From Vicinamibacterales bacterium (lineage in GTDB: Bacteria; Acidobacteriota; Vicinamibacteria; Vicinamibacterales; JAMQPK01): a stretch of 64,000 bases of DNA. Positions 58,896 to 64,000 of the stretch are shown in pieces. The number at the start of each line of letters is the position of its first letter. Position 1 is the stretch's first letter. Made by a program: the position numbers and the translations under genes. The notes beneath the pieces are model-generated. The model saw only the letters and a program-made list of their open reading frames with translations, had not been told where the DNA came from and made no database searches. The DNA is taken from positions 808,546 through 872,545 of the forward strand of contig CAWGDN010000002.1 of NCBI GenBank assembly GCA_963821375.1. The letters are read 5' to 3'.

Positions 58896-59257
58896 TGTCG
58901 TGCTCGCAGCCACCCACCCCAGTTCAAAAGACGACGATCTGGGAGCGCGCCGGGTCCTGGTCCGGCCGCGGGGATTTGGAAACCAATTCGTTCCCCTCCT
59001 CGAGTGGATACCTCCGATTTACCTGGGAGACGAGCAACGAGACAAAGCCTGGTGAAGGCAGGTTCAAGCTCATCGTGGGAAGTTCGATCAGCGGTCGCCT
59101 CATCCAGCCGGTGGTTGACAGCAAAGGTGTGGGACAGGGCGTGGAATACCTCAGCGAGGAACCGCGTACGTTCTACATCAAGGTGGAGTCGGCAAACGCA
59201 GACTGGAAGTTCACCGTGGACGAAGGTTTCGCGGCCACAATCGACCCCAAGGACTAA
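58823..59257 (+). CDS. small lipoprotein, hypothetical
   Basis: MRNEVKRLLLTPFPLSLAPFVFLLLSC (lipobox LLSC). The ATG and signal peptide lie inside the hairpin. Confidence 0.55.
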   Translation: MRNEVKRLLLTPFPLSLAPFVFLLLSCSQPPTPVQKTTIWERAGSWSGRGDLETNSFPSSSGYLRFTWETSNETKPGEGRFKLIVGSSISGRLIQPVVDSKGVGQGVEYLSEEPRTFYIKVESANADWKFTVDEGFAATIDPKD

Positions 59258-59332
59258 GCACTCCGTGCCGACCAGCAGCCACGGCGGGGACATTGCCGTG
59301 ACCACCCAGGCAAGCGTTGTGACGGGTGCCGG

Positions 59333-59545
59333 CTAAGCCGGAGGGCCTGCCGGAATCGCGCCGAGCTGCTGCATCATCACGAGCTGGTCGAAGACCCCCC
59401 AGTGCTCGCGTGCGCGCCCGCCGGCGCCGAAGCGGATGATGTCGATGAGCTGCACGTCGACTCGCCAGCCGGTCGGGGAGAGGCCCATGAACGCGCCCTT
59501 GTGCGTCCCGGTCGTCCGCACGCGCGAGATTGCAGCGGATTCCCG
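59333..59545 (-). pseudogene. C-terminal fragment of a SnoaL-like/ester cyclase family protein
   Basis: ...GTHKGAFMGLSPTGWRVDVQLIDIIRFGAGGRAREHWGVFDQLVMMQQLGAIP. The N-terminal half is absent. Confidence 0.5.
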
Positions 59546-59562
59546 CAGCCTCGAGAGTTTCG

Positions 59563-60393
59563 CTACAGGGACACGAGCAGGTACGCCGTCATCAGGATCC
59601 CCACGGCGACCAGAAGCGCGGCGAGCACTCCTCCCAGCCATGTCGGACGACCGACGAACGGTTCGCCGCGTTTCAATCGTCGAACTGTTGCGATGTGCTC
59701 CGCACAGGCTACGGCCGTGACGAGCACACCGAGGACCAGCAGGCCGATGCCGAACCAACGTGACGAACCTGCTGTCGGAATCTGGGTACCCGTTGTCACA
59801 GCGATCTCGCGGAGAAACAGGCCAAAGCGTGCGACGACGAATCCGAATCCCATCAAGGCAAGCCCCGTTCGAAGCCACGCGAGGAACGTTCGCTCGGCAG
59901 CGAAGTAGATGCGTGGATCCTGCTCAGGCGTCTCGGTCATCGACACTCGCGATACAGCCAGTGGCCGTGCCACACCGCATGTTAGCGCTTCACGGTGGTC
60001 TCGAGTATCCTCGTCGATCGCTTTCGATGCGTCCGCGGCCAGCGCGTTCGCATCCTGATTGAGCAGACCGGCCATGCGCTGCGCCTCGTCGATCTTCGCC
60101 AGGGCGAGCTCCAGTGGTTTCGCCTCCGCCTGGCGGCCGAGACTGTTGAGTCGCGCCTCGGCAGCGCGCAATGCACTCCGAGCCGCCTCCAGGTGGCGGC
60201 TCGCTTCACCAAAGTTCACGCTGTAGACAGCCAGGCGCGCATCGAGCACCGCGGCGCGCCCTTCGAGCAAGCCGCCCCGTAGCTCAGCGACCAGGAGTGC
60301 GCGACTGAGGTCCGACCTGCCCGACGCGCCCCACACCCAGCCGGCGCCGAGTGCCACGAGCAGTGCGACACTGATTCCAAGAACGCGCTTCAT
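59563..60393 (-). CDS. membrane protein with an N-terminal helical region and a C-terminal DUF202 (YidH-like) domain
   Basis: PRIYFAAERTFLAWLRTGLALMGFGFVVARF plus two further TM segments. This may be two genes fused in the track (internal MTETPEQD). Confidence 0.5.
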   Translation of the reverse strand: MKRVLGISVALLVALGAGWVWGASGRSDLSRALLVAELRGGLLEGRAAVLDARLAVYSVNFGEASRHLEAARSALRAAEARLNSLGRQAEAKPLELALAKIDEAQRMAGLLNQDANALAADASKAIDEDTRDHREALTCGVARPLAVSRVSMTETPEQDPRIYFAAERTFLAWLRTGLALMGFGFVVARFGLFLREIAVTTGTQIPTAGSSRWFGIGLLVLGVLVTAVACAEHIATVRRLKRGEPFVGRPTWLGGVLAALLVAVGILMTAYLLVSL

Positions 60394-60611
60394 GGATGCT
60401 CCTCTCCCTGTAGTTCTCGTTCTGCTTGGAGCCAGTCGTCGAGGTCGTGTCCGTCCTCACAGTCGCGGGCAAGGTAGAGGTCGGACGCTCTTCGGGCGAT
60501 GTCGTACTCGGTCACGTTCGCCGACCGATTGAGCGCCATCGACCTGAGTGACGAATGGTTGGGAGCAGGGCGGACGGTAGAGCGCCTTTTTCCGTTCGTT
60601 GATTTCGCCAT
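60390..60611 (-). CDS. DUF2934-domain small protein
   Basis: YDIARRASDLYLARDCEDGHDLDDWLQAEREL. ATGA overlap with the downstream gene. Confidence 0.7.
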   Translation of the reverse strand: MAKSTNGKRRSTVRPAPNHSSLRSMALNRSANVTEYDIARRASDLYLARDCEDGHDLDDWLQAERELQGEEHP

Positions 60612-61044
60612 AACAATGACCTTACCACTAGGCGAGACAGCCGGTTCCGCGCGCATGACGCGCCGTGCGGTGTGAAGGATGCCGCGCCCATGCGGAGAAA
60701 TGACACGGATTGGTAAAAATTCCCCCTCCATTGACTCGCGATCCTCATGTTCACAGAGCGTTTAGCGCGGCCTCGGCCTTGCTGTATCGCCGAATGGCGG
60801 CGAGCGCGGGCGCACGCCTGCGGCACGATGTCACCGCATGTGACCGAAGGCGTGATGGCGCCAATGCCAACGCGCTGGACTCACTGAAGACCGGAGTCAA
60901 GAATGGACACGATGTTGACGGTTCTCGGCGTGTTGGGCGGTTGGATCGCTCTGCAATGGTGGGTGTTGCCCTGGCTCGGTGTCCCCACGTGAGCGGTGCC
61001 TCACCCGCGCGTGTCGCGGGAAGAGAAGACGAACCAACCAAGGG

Positions 61045-62661
61045 ATGAAACGACCCGCACGAAGGAGTGCTGACATGAGCGACGTCGGAGGTGGACGTCA
61101 CGGCCTCAGCCGTCGCAACGTGCTTCGCCTGATGAGCCTGTCTGCCATCGGCGGAATCGTCGGGTGTGACGCGCTGCCTGCCGGCGACGGTCGTGCTGTG
61201 TTTCCGCAACGGGCCTCGGCTAGCGCGTTCGTGCCCGACGTCGAACTGGTTTTGACCGCGGCACCCGACGAAGTGCGCGTCCTTCCTGGCTCGCACACCC
61301 GAGTGTGGCGGTTCACGGGCCGCCTGCTCAAGGGACCGGCAGACACGCTGCAGACACTTCCGGGTTCGTACCTGGGCCCAATCATCCGCCTGCGGCGAGG
61401 CCAGCGGGTCCGCGTCCGTTTCGCCAATCAGCTCGCGGAAGACTCGATCGTCCATTGGCATGGCCTGGACGTGCCCGAGGCTGCGGACGGGCACCCACGC
61501 CGGGTCATCGGCCATGGCGGCGAGTACGTGTACGAATTCGAGGTCACCAATCGGGCGGGCACCTATTGGTATCACCCCCACCCGCACATGCGGACTGGCG
61601 CGCAGATCTATGCGGGTCTGGCTGGTCTGCTCCTGGTGGGGGACGCCGACGAGGATGCGCTGTCGCTCCCGTCGGGCGAAGCCGAACTGCTATGCGTCAT
61701 CCAAGACCGCAGGTTCGATGCGCGCAACCAGTTGGTCTTCCATGGTGGCGGCATGATGGACACGATGAACGGGTTCCTCGGCGACCGCGTGCTGGTGAAT
61801 GGCCTGCCGCAGCCGACGACCGAAGTGGATGCCGCGTGGCACCGGGTTCGCGTGCTGAACGGATCGAATGCACGCATTTACAAGCTGGCCTGGAGCGCCG
61901 GCATCCAGATGTTCGTGATTGGTGTCGACGGGGGGCTCCTGGAGCACCCGCTGCGCCAGCCAACCGTCACGCTGGCCACGGGTCAACGCGTGGATCTGTT
62001 GCTGGATCTCACCGGTCTCGCTGCGGGCACGGAGGTTCACCTCGAAAGCAAGACATTTGCTGAGGCCGACGCAGGTGTCGTTGGCATGGCGGCGATGATG
62101 GGCGGCCGTATGATGGGCACCTCGGCGCGATCGACCGTGCCGAACGGAGCACCGCTGCGTGTGATGACGCTGCGCACGCGGGCGAGAAACGGACCGGCCA
62201 TTCGCGTGCCCGACCGCCTGTCCTCGTTTGACGCGTCATGGTCTGCCCGCACCGACGTACCGATCCGGCGCGTGCCGCTGTCGTTTCGGCGGATGGAGTG
62301 GTTGCTTGGTGGTCGCACGTTTGCCATGGGTGACGTCGCACCTGAAGAGACGGTAACAGCCGGATCGACCCATGTCTGGGAGTTCGTGAATCAGGCGAAC
62401 GGCATGGGCATGGAGGCCGCCCATCCCATTCACATGCACGGTCGCCAATTCCGTATTGTCGATCGCACAGGCGGGCGCCCTACGAGCACATTGCGTGCAG
62501 GCATCGTTGACAGCGGGTGGAGGGACACGGTACTCGTTCTTCCCGGAGAGACGGTTCGCGTGCAGGTGACGTTTACCCGTCATCCCGGTCTCTACCTCTA
62601 TCACTGCCACATCCTCGAGCACGAAGACATGGGGATGATGCGGAACTTCCGCGTGACGTAG
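61045..62661 (+). CDS. Tat-exported multicopper oxidase
   Basis: SRRNVLRLMSLSAIGG (Tat). Copper sites HWHG, WYHPHPH, HPIHMHG, HCHILEHEDMGMM. Confidence 0.9.
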   Translation: MKRPARRSADMSDVGGGRHGLSRRNVLRLMSLSAIGGIVGCDALPAGDGRAVFPQRASASAFVPDVELVLTAAPDEVRVLPGSHTRVWRFTGRLLKGPADTLQTLPGSYLGPIIRLRRGQRVRVRFANQLAEDSIVHWHGLDVPEAADGHPRRVIGHGGEYVYEFEVTNRAGTYWYHPHPHMRTGAQIYAGLAGLLLVGDADEDALSLPSGEAELLCVIQDRRFDARNQLVFHGGGMMDTMNGFLGDRVLVNGLPQPTTEVDAAWHRVRVLNGSNARIYKLAWSAGIQMFVIGVDGGLLEHPLRQPTVTLATGQRVDLLLDLTGLAAGTEVHLESKTFAEADAGVVGMAAMMGGRMMGTSARSTVPNGAPLRVMTLRTRARNGPAIRVPDRLSSFDASWSARTDVPIRRVPLSFRRMEWLLGGRTFAMGDVAPEETVTAGSTHVWEFVNQANGMGMEAAHPIHMHGRQFRIVDRTGGRPTSTLRAGIVDSGWRDTVLVLPGETVRVQVTFTRHPGLYLYHCHILEHEDMGMMRNFRVT

Positions 62662-62689
62662 CGAAGAAGGCGCGGGCATCGCGGTGTTC

Positions 62690-62762
62690 GACGTGCTCGG
62701 ACGAAGCCAAGTTCGTGACCGGCGCGGAGCTCGTGATCGACGGTGGGCACACCGCGCACTAG
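62690..62762 (+). pseudogene. C-terminal fragment of an SDR-family oxidoreductase
   Basis: ...SDEAKFVTGAELVIDGGHTAH stop, with no upstream SDR body. Confidence 0.45.
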
Positions 62763-62777
62763 AGGACCTTTCGGTCA

Positions 62778-62900
62778 TCACTCAGTTCGGCGTCGCCAGA
62801 TTTCAAACAGCAGCATCGTGACCGTCAGAGTCACGGGGCCGAGAATCACGCCGGCCGCGCCGAATACAACCAGGCCGCCGACGATGGCCATGACCGGCAC
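62778..62900 (-). pseudogene. C-terminal fragment of an AI-2E (PerM-like) family transporter
   Basis: ...GAAGVILGPVTLTVTMLLFEIWRRR stop, with no upstream body. Confidence 0.4.
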
Positions 62901-63105
62901 CACGGCCAGCGCGCCCATCACCAGCCCCCCAGGGCCGCCGACAGCCGAACCTTTCCGCACTCGCGAGAGATATTTCCCTCACCTGCAGGAAAGCCACAGA
63001 GATCTCGAACTGCCTCTCGACGATCGGCCGGCACAGTGCTTGCTCCGCCTCGATCGGATGGATTGAGTGCGGAGGTTCGCCGTTTCGCGCAGCGGTGGAG
63101 GACAT

Positions 63106-63576
63106 ATGAACATTTCGAGATGGTGGATTCCGGTGATGCTCATCGGTGCCGTGCTCGCCGGTCCAGCGTGCACGCAGAAATCCGGGGATGAGGCTGGAGA
63201 GACCAAAGAAGCTGCCGGCGAGGTCGCGGAAGACTCGAAGAACATCGCGCAGAAGGTCGGCGACGAGGCCAAAGAACTCGCAGGGGAGACAGCCGACAAG
63301 ACAAAAGAGATCGCGGGGGCCGTCGGGAGCAAGACGACAGATGTTGTGTTGACGACCGGTGAGGTGATCACGGATGGCTGGATCACGACGAAGGTGAGCG
63401 CCAAGTTCGTCGACGAGAAACTTCTGAAGGGGAGCAACATCAACGTTGACACAAAGGATCACGTCGTCACCCTGAAAGGCACCGTGGGGTCTGACTCGGC
63501 GAAGGCGCGCGCGGTCGAGATTGCTCGCAACACTGAGGGCGTCGTGCGTGTCGTCAATCAGCTTGTCGTGAAGTAG
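63106..63576 (+). CDS. BON-domain lipoprotein (OsmY-like)
   Basis: MLIGAVLAGPAC lipobox, a charged linker, then the BON core DGWITTKVSAKFVDEKLLKGSNINVDTKDHVVTLKGTV...VVRVVNQLVV. Confidence 0.8.
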   Translation: MNISRWWIPVMLIGAVLAGPACTQKSGDEAGETKEAAGEVAEDSKNIAQKVGDEAKELAGETADKTKEIAGAVGSKTTDVVLTTGEVITDGWITTKVSAKFVDEKLLKGSNINVDTKDHVVTLKGTVGSDSAKARAVEIARNTEGVVRVVNQLVVK

Positions 63577-63585
63577 AACCGACGA

Positions 63586-64000
63586 TGAACCGAGTCAAGG
63601 TGGCGGCAATCGTCCTCGTCGTGGCCGGCGGTCTGGTGTTGATTTCCGGCAGCGTCAGCTACATCGGCGGGCACCCCCGAGGCCAGGTCAGCTGCACCCC
63701 GGTCAAGCCTGAACCGTCGGCCTCAGAGCCGCCGATTGCCGCGACGCCACCAGCCGCGCCAGAGCCTGCCCCCAGGCCGACGCCATCGGCGCTCCCACAG
63801 GCAGAACCGGCCTCGGCATCTGCGCCCGGTGGAGGGGCGTCGGCGCCGCCGCCGGCAAGCAAGGCCGCTCCGCCTGTCGGGAACACGACCGCCGCGGCCC
63901 CGGCGCTGGACTTGAAGACGTTGGAGCAGCAGATCAAGGACACCAAGGCCATCGGCTTCTTCACCAAAATCACGCTCAAGAACCAGGTGGACGATCTACT
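63586..64000 (+). CDS. membrane-anchored Pro/Ala-rich protein, 3' end beyond the window
   Basis: ATG 63586 MNRVKVAAIVLVVAGGLVLISG, followed by a Pro/Ala linker. The frame stays open to base 64000 and is not in the ORF track because it is open-ended. Confidence 0.45.

Overview
GC-rich bacterial chromosomal segment. The gene content (an ADOP-type permease fragment, many Tat/secreted proteins, an atu/liu-type acyl-CoA cluster) suggests an Acidobacteriota-like organism, but this is inference only. All calls come from reading the sequence and the ORF track by eye; no searches were run. Layout: (1) 1-24.3 kb is core metabolism and housekeeping: sdaA, a porin, an NRAMP transporter, a VOC protein, two acyl-CoA dehydrogenases, atuA, a carboxyltransferase, an enoyl-CoA hydratase, guaA, a response regulator, an acyl-CoA ligase, htrA, and SRP RNA-dnaX-ybaB-recR. 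(2) 24.4-35.3 kb starts with tRNA-Asn, followed directly by an IS481-family element and a mosaic of gene fragments, lower-GC genes and a stress-protein module flanked by 165-bp direct repeats. (3) 35.3-40.1 kb holds an ABC-F ATPase and an M16 peptidase. (4) 40.1-50.5 kb is a block of decayed signalling and RND-efflux genes with many frame breaks. (5) 50.3-64 kb holds PadR, a cytochrome c cluster, a metzincin-like operon, an XDH-family Mo-enzyme, a multicopper oxidase and a BON protein. The most unusual signal is a set of long imperfect palindromes whose arms are built from short words repeated with a 7-nt period. They sit exactly at gene boundaries, often in same-word pairs that bracket genes. 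One of them carries a four-helix-bundle (23S rRNA IVS protein family) gene in its loop. A second global signal is that many conserved genes, including dnaX and guaA, are interrupted by single-base frame changes. I cannot tell assembly indel errors from real pseudogenisation using the sequence alone.
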